This document shows, piece after piece, positions 25,388 through 34,851 of a DNA stretch of 64,000 nucleotides. A program made the translations under genes and the position numbers. Position 1 is the stretch's first letter. Each line of letters starts with the position of its first letter. This stretch comes from an uncultured Azospirillum sp. (GTDB lineage Bacteria; Pseudomonadota; Alphaproteobacteria; RF32; CAG-239). Below the pieces are notes generated by a model. The model saw nothing but the letters and a program-made list of their open reading frames with translations, did no database searches and had not been told where the DNA came from. The DNA lies in assembly GCA_947301965.1 (NCBI GenBank), contig CAMYUM010000004.1:26149-90148 (forward strand). Direction: 5' to 3'.

Positions 25388-28153
25388 ATGGCACTATCTT
25401 GGAACGAAATCAGAAGCAGAGCTTTGGCCTTTTCAAAAGAATTTGCCGATGCATATTATGAAAAAGGTGAAACTCAAACATTTTACAATGAATTTTTTAA
25501 TGTGTTTGGAGTTAACCGTCGACGTGTGGCAACTTTTGAGGAACCGGTAAAAAAACTCGATGATAAACAAGGTTTTATTGATTTACTTTGGAAAGGTGTT
25601 TTACTCGTTGAGCAAAAATCAGAAGGACGAAGTTTAACCAAAGCAAAAAACCAGGCTCTTGATTACTTTCCAGGACTTAAAGAAAATGAACTTCCACAAT
25701 ATGTTTTGGCCTGTGATTTTCAAAATTTTGAACTTTATGATTTAGACAATAAAAAAGAATACAAATTTAAACTTTCCGAACTTTCCGAAAACATAGAACT
25801 TTTTGGTTTTATAGCCGGATATGAAAAAAAGGAATATACAGATTTTCAGCAGGCGAATATTAAAGCTTCTGAGTTGATGGGCAAGCTCTATGACCAATTG
25901 AAAGATAGTGGTTATGAGCAACATGATTCAGAGTTATTTTTGGTTCGACTGCTTTTTTGTATGTTTGCCGACGATACGGGTATTTTTGAACGTGATATAT
26001 TCAAACAACTGATTGAGCAAAGAACAAATATTGACGGTTCCGATACTGGAATGTGGATTGCTCAATTGTTTGATGTCTTAAATACACCGGTAGAAAAGCG
26101 ACAAAAAAATCTTGATGAGGATTTGGCTCAATTTCCGTATATCAATGGTTCGTTGTTTGACAAAACCGTTCGCATCCCCTCGTTTGACAGCAAGATGCGC
26201 AGAGCACTGCTTGATTGTTGCTACTACACATGGAATGGCGTATCTCCGGCTATTTTCGGATCGCTGTTTCAATGTGTTGCCGATAAGGAAAAACGGCGGA
26301 CACTCGGTGAGCATTATACTACCGAAAAAAACATTATGAAGACCATTTCACCATTGTTTTTGGACGAGTTGCGTGCTGAATTTGAAAAATTGAAATGCGA
26401 TAAATCAACCAATAAAAATGCCAGATTGAAAGAATTTCAACAAAAGTTGGCAAAACTAAAATTTTTGGACCCGGCCTGTGGTTGTGGAAACTTCTTGGTT
26501 ATCTCATATCGCGAACTCAGGCAATTGGAATTAGAAGTCTTAAAAGAACTTTATGTTAAAAAAGGGCAGATATATGAATTGTTTGATGCATCTCGTGTAT
26601 CTTTAATTGATGTTGATAATTTTTATGGCATTGAAATTGAGGAATTTCCGGCAAAAATTGCCGAAGTTGCCATGTGGATTTGCGACCACCAGATGAATAT
26701 TGAGCTTTCAAAAGCGTTTGGACAATATTTTGCACGAATTCCACTCAAAAAAACGGCACATATTCTTTGTGGTAATGCACTAACAACAGATTGGAAAGAT
26801 TTAGTTAAACCGGAAGAATTGTCATATATTTTAGGTAATCCGCCGTTTATTGGGGCAAGGATGAAATCTGAAGAGCAAGCCGAAGAAATGAAAAATATCT
26901 TTTACGATGTTAAGGGCTGTGGCGATTTGGATTATGTTTCAGCTTGGTATGTAAAGTCAGCAGAATATATAAAGAATACGAAGATAAAGGTCGCTTTTGT
27001 TTCAACAAATTCCATAACACAAGGTATCCAAGTCGGATTATTGTGGGGACATCTATTTACCAAATATGGAATTAAAATTCATTTTGCTCACCGCACATTT
27101 ATTTGGGATAGCGAGGCAAGCGGCAAGGCTCATGTTCATTGTGTCATTATAGGATTTGCTTGCTTTGATACGGATAAAAAACGCATTTTTGATTATCATG
27201 ATGTTAAGGGTGATGCCCATGAAATAGCAGTAAAAAATATCAATCAATATTTGATAGATGCCAAAGATATTACCATCTCTGCCAGAACAAAGCCGATTTG
27301 CAATGTTCCTGAAATGGGAATAGGAAATAAACCCATAGATGATGGTAATTATATTTTTACGACCGAAGAAAAGGAAAAGTTCTTACAACAAGAGCCAAAA
27401 GCAACCAAATTTATTCATCCTTTTATTGGTTCTGAAGAATTTATCAATGGTAAAATTCGTTGGTGCTTGTATTTAGGCAAAGCGGCTCCAAATGAATTGG
27501 CCCAAATGCCAACAGTGATAAGACTAATTAATAATGTTAAACAATTTCGCTTGAATAGTAAAAGTAAACCCACACAGATATTAGCAAACACACCAACTCG
27601 ATTCCATATAGAAAATATTCCAGATTCAGAATACATAATTGTTCCTCGTGTTTCAAGTGAGCGCAGAAAATATGTCCCTATGGGATTTTTAGATAAAGAC
27701 ATAATCACCAGTGATTCAGCTTTAATCATTCCCGATGCTACTCTCTACGAATTTGGTGTGTTAACATCCGTTATGCATATGACCTGGATGAAATATGTGT
27801 GCGGTAGATTAAAAAGTGATTACAGATACTCAAATAAGATTGTTTACAATAACTTCCCTTGGCCACTAGATCCAAGTGAAAAACAAAAAGAAAAGGTTAA
27901 GGAATTAGCACAAAAGGTGCTTGATGTGCGTGCCAAATATCCGGATTGTTCACTTGCTATTTTATATAACCCGGAAACCATGCCTGCAGATTTAACTAAA
28001 GCGCATAATGAATTGGATAAAGCCGTTGATGCTTGCTACGGTAAAAAATCTTTTGCTTCCGATGCAGAACGCATGGAGTTTTTGTTTAATCTCTACGAGC
28101 AATATACTGCCCCTTTAATAAAATCAAAAAATAAGAATAAAAAAATAGTGTAA
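25388..28153 (+). CDS. MmeI-like Type IIL/IIG single-chain restriction endonuclease-N6-adenine methyltransferase
   Basis: N-terminal PD-(D/E)xK-like IDLLWKGVLLVEQKSEG. SAM motif I FLDPACGCGNFLV and motif IV GNPPFIG. Long C-terminal TRD; 921 aa. Confidence 0.8.
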   Translation: MALSWNEIRSRALAFSKEFADAYYEKGETQTFYNEFFNVFGVNRRRVATFEEPVKKLDDKQGFIDLLWKGVLLVEQKSEGRSLTKAKNQALDYFPGLKENELPQYVLACDFQNFELYDLDNKKEYKFKLSELSENIELFGFIAGYEKKEYTDFQQANIKASELMGKLYDQLKDSGYEQHDSELFLVRLLFCMFADDTGIFERDIFKQLIEQRTNIDGSDTGMWIAQLFDVLNTPVEKRQKNLDEDLAQFPYINGSLFDKTVRIPSFDSKMRRALLDCCYYTWNGVSPAIFGSLFQCVADKEKRRTLGEHYTTEKNIMKTISPLFLDELRAEFEKLKCDKSTNKNARLKEFQQKLAKLKFLDPACGCGNFLVISYRELRQLELEVLKELYVKKGQIYELFDASRVSLIDVDNFYGIEIEEFPAKIAEVAMWICDHQMNIELSKAFGQYFARIPLKKTAHILCGNALTTDWKDLVKPEELSYILGNPPFIGARMKSEEQAEEMKNIFYDVKGCGDLDYVSAWYVKSAEYIKNTKIKVAFVSTNSITQGIQVGLLWGHLFTKYGIKIHFAHRTFIWDSEASGKAHVHCVIIGFACFDTDKKRIFDYHDVKGDAHEIAVKNINQYLIDAKDITISARTKPICNVPEMGIGNKPIDDGNYIFTTEEKEKFLQQEPKATKFIHPFIGSEEFINGKIRWCLYLGKAAPNELAQMPTVIRLINNVKQFRLNSKSKPTQILANTPTRFHIENIPDSEYIIVPRVSSERRKYVPMGFLDKDIITSDSALIIPDATLYEFGVLTSVMHMTWMKYVCGRLKSDYRYSNKIVYNNFPWPLDPSEKQKEKVKELAQKVLDVRAKYPDCSLAILYNPETMPADLTKAHNELDKAVDACYGKKSFASDAERMEFLFNLYEQYTAPLIKSKNKNKKIV

Positions 28154-28187
28154 TTGTAATTTATAACTGATATTAGGAAGAAGTATA

Positions 28188-28526
28188 ATGGAGCTAGATA
28201 TTTGCGGAGATGATATTCGGAAACAGATGTTACATATAAAGAAAAATTTACAGCGAGGGCGTAAATCTGTTCTTTATATTGAAATATATGATGATAGTGT
28301 TTTATTAGTTTATAGAGATATCGAACTTCCTGTTAAAATAATGAATGTAACCGGAAGACAGCATAAACTAAAAGAAAAATATGCTATCAGTGACCACACT
28401 TTGTTACAAAAAGCAATTATGAAATTTAAAGGTTGTGAATTTTATAAATTTATCTTTTATCCTAATTGCATTAGTATTGCAGTAGATAAATTACAGCTTA
28501 ACATCGCAGCTAAAATTTGCGATTAA
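28188..28526 (+). CDS. Hypothetical protein (112 aa) downstream of the R-M gene
   Basis: AGGAAG-type RBS, 34 nt after the R-M stop, same strand, very AT-rich; no motif recognised. Confidence 0.45.
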   Translation: MELDICGDDIRKQMLHIKKNLQRGRKSVLYIEIYDDSVLLVYRDIELPVKIMNVTGRQHKLKEKYAISDHTLLQKAIMKFKGCEFYKFIFYPNCISIAVDKLQLNIAAKICD

Positions 28527-28585
28527 TGGTATAATATTTTACTCCTCCCCATTTCTTTCGCGTTCAACAAATTTTTCTTGGCTTT

Positions 28586-30940
28586 TTACTTCTTCACCTT
28601 CACGCCAAGTTCGAGAACGTTTTGTTTGTTCAGCCATTTATAACTTGCGCTGTCTGCCAGTTTTTTCAACAGCAATACACCCCAGCCTCCGATTTCACGT
28701 TGTTTTAAGTCCAGCGTAATATCCGGCATTTTATTTTTGAGCGGGTTATATCTTCTTCCGTTGTCGGTAAACTTCACATAATACATACCGTCTTCTTTGC
28801 GGGTTTTTATCGTAACCGTTGCATTATCTTTTATGCTGTATGCATATTGTGCAATGTTGGCAAAAGCTTCTTCGGCAATCATTACCATATTAAACACAGC
28901 TTTTTTAGACAGACCTTGTTTGCCCATGTCGTCTTTCAAATACATCAAAAAGTCTTTTAGTCTTTCCACATTTGCCGGCATGATGATTGTGCCCGGTTCG
29001 TAACCTTTGAACACAAAATCCAACATCGTAATATCATCAGACTGCGGATTATTTTTTACAAACTTTTTAATATCTTTCAGCACCAAACTCAAGTTATTGG
29101 CTGCATTAGTACCTGCTGAATCAAACACTTTCATCAACCTCTTGTTTCCATAAAACTTTGTTGCAATATTTTCTGCTTCGGTCACGCCGTCGGTGTAGAG
29201 CAACAAATGCGCTCCCGGTTCAAGATCAATTTCTTCTTCAACAAAAGTCGCATCTTCTTTAACACCGAGTACAATATTGGTCTCAACGTCAAGGAACTTC
29301 TTTTCCCCATTGTTGGCCACGAGCGGTGGTGTATGTCCGGCATTGACATATTTGGTTTTTCCGGTCAACAGATCAATCACCGCCATAAAAGCCGTAACAA
29401 ACATACACGCATCGTTGCCTTCGCACAGTTGTTTGTTGACGTGGTCAAACACCTGGTCCAAACTCATCTTGCTTCGGCTAATGTTTTTGATTAGTGTAAT
29501 TGCTTTCATCATATACAACGATGCCGGAATACCTTTGCCCGACACATCGGCAATCACAACTGCAAATTTATTATCATCAATAAAGAAAAAGTCATAAAAG
29601 TCACCGGCAACTTGTTTTGCCGGAATCATCATGGTTGCAATGTCAAAAGCTTCGCTTTTCGGATATTTGTTTGACAATGCCGACTTTTGAATATGACGTG
29701 CAATCTCCAGCTCACTTTCGCCCTTTTGCTTTTCTGATGCTTCTTCTCTTTCTTTGTTAACATATTCCAAAATGTCTGATCTCATCTCAGATATTGCGGT
29801 TGCCAACCTGTTGATGTCGGATGATGTCGGCATTTCATCAAAGTTTTCCGAAAAATCACCTTTACCGTATTTTTCTGCCACATTACACAAAGTGTTCAAT
29901 TGGCTGACCGAGTGGTGACCGATTCTTTCTGTAAACAAAAACAGTAAAAGTACTGACAACAAAAGTGACAAACCCAAAACCCACTTAAACTGTCTGATTG
30001 GTTTTAATAACTCGTCTTTTGCATATACCAGGCAAAAACCCCATTTGATATTTTTTATCGGTGCATAAAAGAAAATTGCCGGTCCGTCAACTACTGACGA
30101 ATACGGAATTTCCGCTTGCCCAGACTGTCCGGCTGCCAGGTTTTTACCGACTATGCCGAGCTGCGGCAAATTCATTCTGCGTGACAACTGAAAGATTGTC
30201 ATTTGTAAAGCAATGTTGGGGTCAGGGTGGGTTACATATAATCCCGATTTTGAAATCAAAAGCAATCTACCGTTTCCATAAAAAGAAGAACCTTTCAAAC
30301 TGTTGCGTTGCATTTCTGACACATTAACCGTCAACGCAACCAAACCGGTAAACTCTTTTTGCCCCAAAAACTTAAACGGCATCAGACAGGTTACCACCGT
30401 CTCACCGCTTTCTACGTCTTGATAAGGTTCTGACCAATAAATTATTTCTTCTTTCGGAACTTGTTTGAACCACGGAAAACGATCATAAAAATTTGTAATT
30501 TTTTCGGTCTTAAAATCAATTATATCGTCATCACCGGTATCGGTTGCCAAATATAATTTACCTCTAGACACGTCTTCCGGCGGAAAAACATAAACCCATC
30601 CGTTGGTAAACGTTAACTCTGAATGATAAACGGTTTGCAACGCCGAGCTCAAAACCATGTTTAGAGTTTTTGTGTTGTCTTTAGAAATTTGGGTTAAGGT
30701 GTTTTTGGTGGTGATAATGATTCGTTCGGCATCGGTTATCAAATGTGCAAAATCCGTGGCATACATTTCAATCGATTTTTGTGCAATCGTATCAATCTGA
30801 TCTTTTATAATCGGTTCTGATTTTTTAGATACAATGTACATCAAACCTAAAAAGCACAAAAAAATACAGGTCAAAATACTCAAGTTTACCTTGAATTCTA
30901 TTGAGCGTTTACTAAGCCACGATTTTACAAAATTTTTCAT
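28586..30940 (-). CDS. Cache-HAMP-PP2C(SpoIIE) phosphatase fused to RsbW-like HATPase kinase domain
   Basis: Two TMs flank a ~290-aa periplasmic domain. PP2C motifs VIADVSGKGIPASLYM and LLLYTDGVTEA. C-terminal EEAFANIAQYAY...DNGRRYNP...GGWGV. Confidence 0.8.
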   Translation of the reverse strand: MKNFVKSWLSKRSIEFKVNLSILTCIFLCFLGLMYIVSKKSEPIIKDQIDTIAQKSIEMYATDFAHLITDAERIIITTKNTLTQISKDNTKTLNMVLSSALQTVYHSELTFTNGWVYVFPPEDVSRGKLYLATDTGDDDIIDFKTEKITNFYDRFPWFKQVPKEEIIYWSEPYQDVESGETVVTCLMPFKFLGQKEFTGLVALTVNVSEMQRNSLKGSSFYGNGRLLLISKSGLYVTHPDPNIALQMTIFQLSRRMNLPQLGIVGKNLAAGQSGQAEIPYSSVVDGPAIFFYAPIKNIKWGFCLVYAKDELLKPIRQFKWVLGLSLLLSVLLLFLFTERIGHHSVSQLNTLCNVAEKYGKGDFSENFDEMPTSSDINRLATAISEMRSDILEYVNKEREEASEKQKGESELEIARHIQKSALSNKYPKSEAFDIATMMIPAKQVAGDFYDFFFIDDNKFAVVIADVSGKGIPASLYMMKAITLIKNISRSKMSLDQVFDHVNKQLCEGNDACMFVTAFMAVIDLLTGKTKYVNAGHTPPLVANNGEKKFLDVETNIVLGVKEDATFVEEEIDLEPGAHLLLYTDGVTEAENIATKFYGNKRLMKVFDSAGTNAANNLSLVLKDIKKFVKNNPQSDDITMLDFVFKGYEPGTIIMPANVERLKDFLMYLKDDMGKQGLSKKAVFNMVMIAEEAFANIAQYAYSIKDNATVTIKTRKEDGMYYVKFTDNGRRYNPLKNKMPDITLDLKQREIGGWGVLLLKKLADSASYKWLNKQNVLELGVKVKK

Positions 30941-31254
30941 GCTTTAGGCTCTAAGAGACTATCCAATCCTGTACATTCAAAAATGCCGCGGATATCATCC
31001 GACACATTGGTCAGCTTGATGTTTCCGCCCTGGAACTCAAGCAATTTTTGCAGCATCAAGATAGAGCGTAATCCTGCGGAAAACACATATTCAACCCCGC
31101 TCATATCTATCACCAGCGACTTGATTCCGTTCAAATCGAGCTTGTTGACCAACTCCGGAGAAGTGTTGGGATCCAACCAACCCGACAGTTTGCAAACAAT
31201 CTTGTCGCCTTCCCGTTTTTGTTCGATTCGCAAATTTTTATTCGCTTCTACCAT
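30937..31254 (-). CDS. STAS-domain anti-sigma-factor antagonist (SpoIIAA/RsbV-like)
   Basis: 105 aa with VEYVFSAGLRSILML, which holds the phosphorylatable Ser context. 4-nt overlap with the downstream phosphatase/kinase gene. Confidence 0.85.
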   Translation of the reverse strand: MVEANKNLRIEQKREGDKIVCKLSGWLDPNTSPELVNKLDLNGIKSLVIDMSGVEYVFSAGLRSILMLQKLLEFQGGNIKLTNVSDDIRGIFECTGLDSLLEPKA

Positions 31255-31415
31255 GGTTTGTTCCTTTAATTTTTAATTTTCTCTCATCGTAATGATAAAT
31301 TACAAATGTTAAAATCTTGATAATTTTTTCTCGAGCCGACAAAAAATCTGCTTGTCAAAATAAAACTGTTTCAATAGACTGGTTTCGTTTAGTGCACTAT
31401 TATGGGAGAAAACAA

Positions 31416-31763
31416 ATGAAAAAATTCTTATTGGCATTGGTTGCAATCTTTGCATTTGCCGGTGTTTCAAATGCCCAGTTCAACGGTCCCTCTGCCGTTG
31501 CCAACACTCCGATGACCATCAAACAGGCTTTGAGCTTGCAAGACGATTCTAAAGTGGTTTTGCAAGGCCATATCATCAACAGCCTCGGTGATGAAAAATA
31601 TACTTTCTCCGATGGAACAGATCAAATCGTGGTTGAAATTGATGACGAAGATTGGGCCGGCAGAAAAGTTACACCCGAAAACACCGTTGAGATTTTTGGT
31701 GAGGTTGACAAGGATACACTCAAACCGACCGAAATCGATGTCGATTCGTTTACAGTCAAATAA
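31416..31763 (+). CDS. YgiW/YdeI-family periplasmic OB-fold (BOF) stress protein
   Basis: Signal peptide. DDSKVVLQGHIINSLGDEKYTFSDGTDQIVVEIDDEDW...VEIFGEVDKD is the family pattern. Confidence 0.8.
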   Translation: MKKFLLALVAIFAFAGVSNAQFNGPSAVANTPMTIKQALSLQDDSKVVLQGHIINSLGDEKYTFSDGTDQIVVEIDDEDWAGRKVTPENTVEIFGEVDKDTLKPTEIDVDSFTVK

Positions 31764-31789
31764 GCTTATTTAAAACTTTGTTTGCTGAT

Positions 31790-31817
31790 TGAGCCGCGTT
31801 TTGCGGCTCAATTTTTT
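31790..31817 (+). terminator. Rho-independent terminator
   Basis: tgagccgc-gtttt-gcggctca followed by aTTTTTT. Confidence 0.8.
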
Positions 31818-31853
31818 GTTTTTTATAAATTTATTATTGCTACAACAAATTTA

Positions 31854-31904
31854 TATGAATTTATTATATCAAAAATTTATACGATTTTTTATGAATTTAT
31901 TATA
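31854..31904. repeat. 15-bp direct repeat tatgaatttattata (x2) in the liv upstream region
   Basis: Exact copies at 31854-31868 and 31890-31904 (36-bp period), amid further AAATTTAT motifs. Confidence 0.7.
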
Positions 31905-32030
31905 ATTTTCAAAAGGTGAATTTTACCCCCTTTTTCGATTCGTTTTTTGCTTAATATTTTTAATTTTGTTGATGAAATTAAAAATATTTTAGTGTATAAT
32001 CCTTTCCGTCTTAAATATTGAGCGGATAAC

Positions 32031-32900
32031 ATGTTACTGCACTTGTTAATAAACACTTTGATTGTTGGTTCCGGCTATGCCTTGGTGGCTATGGCTTTCC
32101 GCCTGATGAACTCGGTCTCCCCGTTTTTTAATATGACTATCGGCGCCATCGCCGTCTTGGGCGGATATATTGCTTATGCCCTGCTAGGTTTCGGTTTACC
32201 GCTTTATTTGGTAGTTATCATCTCGTTATTGGCCAGCTCGTTATTCTCCGGTTTATTAGAAATCGGCATCTATACTCCCATGCGCAAACATGGTGCATCT
32301 CCAATGGTTTTGATGGTTGCCTCTCTCGGTGTTTATACCATTTTTGAATCAGTCATTCACCTCATTTTTGGTTCTCAATATCAAACCTTGGGCAGCATCA
32401 GCACCAGTCACATGCTCAATATCGGTTTTATGGAGATTCCTTTAGTCCAACTGTTGATCATAATCACCAGTTTTGTAGTTTGGATTTTCTTAAACTACTA
32501 TCTGCATCATACTTTTATGGGCAAAAAGATTCGCGCCGTTAATGACAGCGCAACCCTGGCTGACATCATCGGCTTAAAGAACAATCAAATCATTTTGACG
32601 GTTGCTTTTCTGACCGGCATAATTTTAGGTCTGGACGGCATATTGGTCGGTTATGATACCGGGCTTGAACCAACACTCGGTTTCAATCTGTTGTTCAAAG
32701 GTATGATCGGAGCCATCATCGGTGGCATTGCCACTTTGAACGGTGCTTTTTTCGGCGCCATGTTCCTGGCTTTGGCCGAAAACGTCGGTGTCGCACTCTT
32801 TGCTTCCGAGTGGCGTGACCTCATCGCCTTTGTTATTTTTATTGCTTTCTTATCATTACGTCCGCAAGGCATTTTTCAAAAAAAGGAGAACAATCAATGA
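32031..32900 (+). CDS. livH: Branched-chain amino acid-type ABC permease (LivH family)
   Basis: 289 aa, multi-pass, N-terminus LINTLIVGSGYALVAMAFRLM is typical of LivH. Confidence 0.85.
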   Translation: MLLHLLINTLIVGSGYALVAMAFRLMNSVSPFFNMTIGAIAVLGGYIAYALLGFGLPLYLVVIISLLASSLFSGLLEIGIYTPMRKHGASPMVLMVASLGVYTIFESVIHLIFGSQYQTLGSISTSHMLNIGFMEIPLVQLLIIITSFVVWIFLNYYLHHTFMGKKIRAVNDSATLADIIGLKNNQIILTVAFLTGIILGLDGILVGYDTGLEPTLGFNLLFKGMIGAIIGGIATLNGAFFGAMFLALAENVGVALFASEWRDLIAFVIFIAFLSLRPQGIFQKKENNQ

Positions 32901-33979
32901 AAAAACTTTTGCTTGGTTTGTGTGTTTTATTAGCACTTACTGCTTGCGACAACAAAAAAGAACAAACTCTCTCCAAACCGGTTATTAAAATCGGTGTTAT
33001 TGACGCCTTAAGCGGAAAATATGCTGAAAACGGGCAAAATGTTCGACAAGCCATAGAATTTGCCAAGCAAGATTTTGCTTCTTCTGACATTGATTTTGAG
33101 TTTGTTTTTGAAGATTACGGTTATGAGACCAAACGCGCCGCCGTTGCCACCAACAAACTGATCAATGTTGACAAAGTTGATGCCCTTATCAGCTGGAGCT
33201 CTATGGCCGGCAACGTGGTTTCGCCCCTTGCTGACAAGGCCAAACTTGTTCACTTTGCTATTTGTAACGATGCCAATGTTGCCAAAGGCAAATATAACTT
33301 TACACACTTCACGCCATCCGGTCCTTTGGCAGAAAAACTGGTCAAACAAATAGAAAATCAACAAGCCAAATCGGTTGCTTTGTTTGCGGTTTATCAACCG
33401 GCACTGCAAAAACACACCGACGCTGTTGAACAACTGTTGCAATCCAAAGGCATTGCCACCGAACGTTTCAACTTCAACATGGACAGTCTTGATTTTGACC
33501 TAATGTTGGAAAAAGCCAAACAACATAACTTTGATGTATGGTATATATGCGCTTTGCCGCCAAGTTTGGATATTTTCTTAAAAACATTTTTTCAAAAAAA
33601 TATAAATGTTCCGTTGGTTGCAATCGATTCGCTGTTGTTTGCTCAAGACAAAGCTATAGTAGAAGGCATGAGTTTTGTAACCACTCCGGACGGCAACAAA
33701 GAACTGTTGGATAGATTGACTGCCGCTAACGGTTCAACCAACTATTTTTCTGTCGGATATGCTTATGACGTTGCCAGTTTGTTGATGAAAGCTTATTCCG
33801 ATTTATATAAAACTACCGGCAAAATCCCGTCATCTGATGAAGTCGCTGACTATCTGCTTGCGCTTAAAGGTTATCATGGTGCTGTGGGCGAGCTGGTTAT
33901 GGACAAAGACGGAATTATCATGTCACAAGCTGTTGTCAAAAAAATGATCAACGGTATTCCGACCGAAGTTGAGGAGTAA
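32897..33979 (+). CDS. Liv-type (periplasmic binding protein type 1) substrate-binding lipoprotein, paralog 1
   Basis: Lipobox LTAC and IKIGVIDALSGKYAENG (Peripla_BP_6 pattern). Inserted between livH and livM. Confidence 0.8.
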   Translation: MKKLLLGLCVLLALTACDNKKEQTLSKPVIKIGVIDALSGKYAENGQNVRQAIEFAKQDFASSDIDFEFVFEDYGYETKRAAVATNKLINVDKVDALISWSSMAGNVVSPLADKAKLVHFAICNDANVAKGKYNFTHFTPSGPLAEKLVKQIENQQAKSVALFAVYQPALQKHTDAVEQLLQSKGIATERFNFNMDSLDFDLMLEKAKQHNFDVWYICALPPSLDIFLKTFFQKNINVPLVAIDSLLFAQDKAIVEGMSFVTTPDGNKELLDRLTAANGSTNYFSVGYAYDVASLLMKAYSDLYKTTGKIPSSDEVADYLLALKGYHGAVGELVMDKDGIIMSQAVVKKMINGIPTEVEE

Positions 33980-33981
33980 TC

Positions 33982-34848
33982 ATGGAATATCTGATAAACC
34001 TTGCCATTTTATTCAGCATTTATTCTATGTTAGCCCTGTCGCTCAACATGGTTATCGGCATGAGCGGTTTGGTCTCGCTGGCGCAGGCGGCATTTTACGG
34101 CATTGGTGCTTATGCCACTGCCATCGGCATGACATCTTTAGGCTTAGGTTTCTTTACCACCATATTGTTAGGCATTGTTATCAACGTTGCCATTGCTTTT
34201 GTTGTTGGTAAAATTTTGGCTCGTTTTCAATACGACTATTATGCTATAGTTTCTGCCGGTTTGTCGGTTATTGTGTTCTCGATTCTTCTTAACTGGAAAA
34301 AAGTCACCAACGGTGCACTAGGCATTTATGGCATCGGCAAACCTGTTGTTGCCGGCTATGCTTTTTATTCCAACAGTGCTTTTTTGGGCTTGGCCCTGCT
34401 GTTTACCGCCGCCATCTTTGCGCTTTATGTTTGGATAGATCGCTCATCTTTCGGTCGTGTGCTAAAAGCTCTGCGTGAAGACGAACGCTTAACCCATGTC
34501 ATGGGCTACAAAACCAAATATTACAAGAGTGTCATCTTTGTTTTGTCGGCGGCATTGTCAGGTATTGCCGGGGCATTTTTTGCCAGTTATATCGCGTTTA
34601 TTGACCCCACAACTTTTCAACTCAAGGAGGGCATTTTCCTCTTTACCATCATTATTGTCGGCGGGCTTTCTTCTGCTGTCGGTAGCATTGTCGGTGCACT
34701 CATTCTCATCTCGTTGCCAGAGGTTTTGCGTTTTGTTGGTTTGCCGTACGAAATTGCCGCTCAACTGCAGCAGATTATTTACGGCGCATTACTGGTGTTG
34801 ATGATGATTTTCAAACCTCAGGGATTTTTTGGTAAATTTAGGATGTAG
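33982..34848 (+). CDS. livM: Branched-chain amino acid-type ABC permease (LivM family)
   Basis: LSLNMVIGMSGLVSLAQAAFYGIGAYA is the LivM signature region. Confidence 0.85.
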   Translation: MEYLINLAILFSIYSMLALSLNMVIGMSGLVSLAQAAFYGIGAYATAIGMTSLGLGFFTTILLGIVINVAIAFVVGKILARFQYDYYAIVSAGLSVIVFSILLNWKKVTNGALGIYGIGKPVVAGYAFYSNSAFLGLALLFTAAIFALYVWIDRSSFGRVLKALREDERLTHVMGYKTKYYKSVIFVLSAALSGIAGAFFASYIAFIDPTTFQLKEGIFLFTIIIVGGLSSAVGSIVGALILISLPEVLRFVGLPYEIAAQLQQIIYGALLVLMMIFKPQGFFGKFRM

Positions 34849-34851
34849 AAG

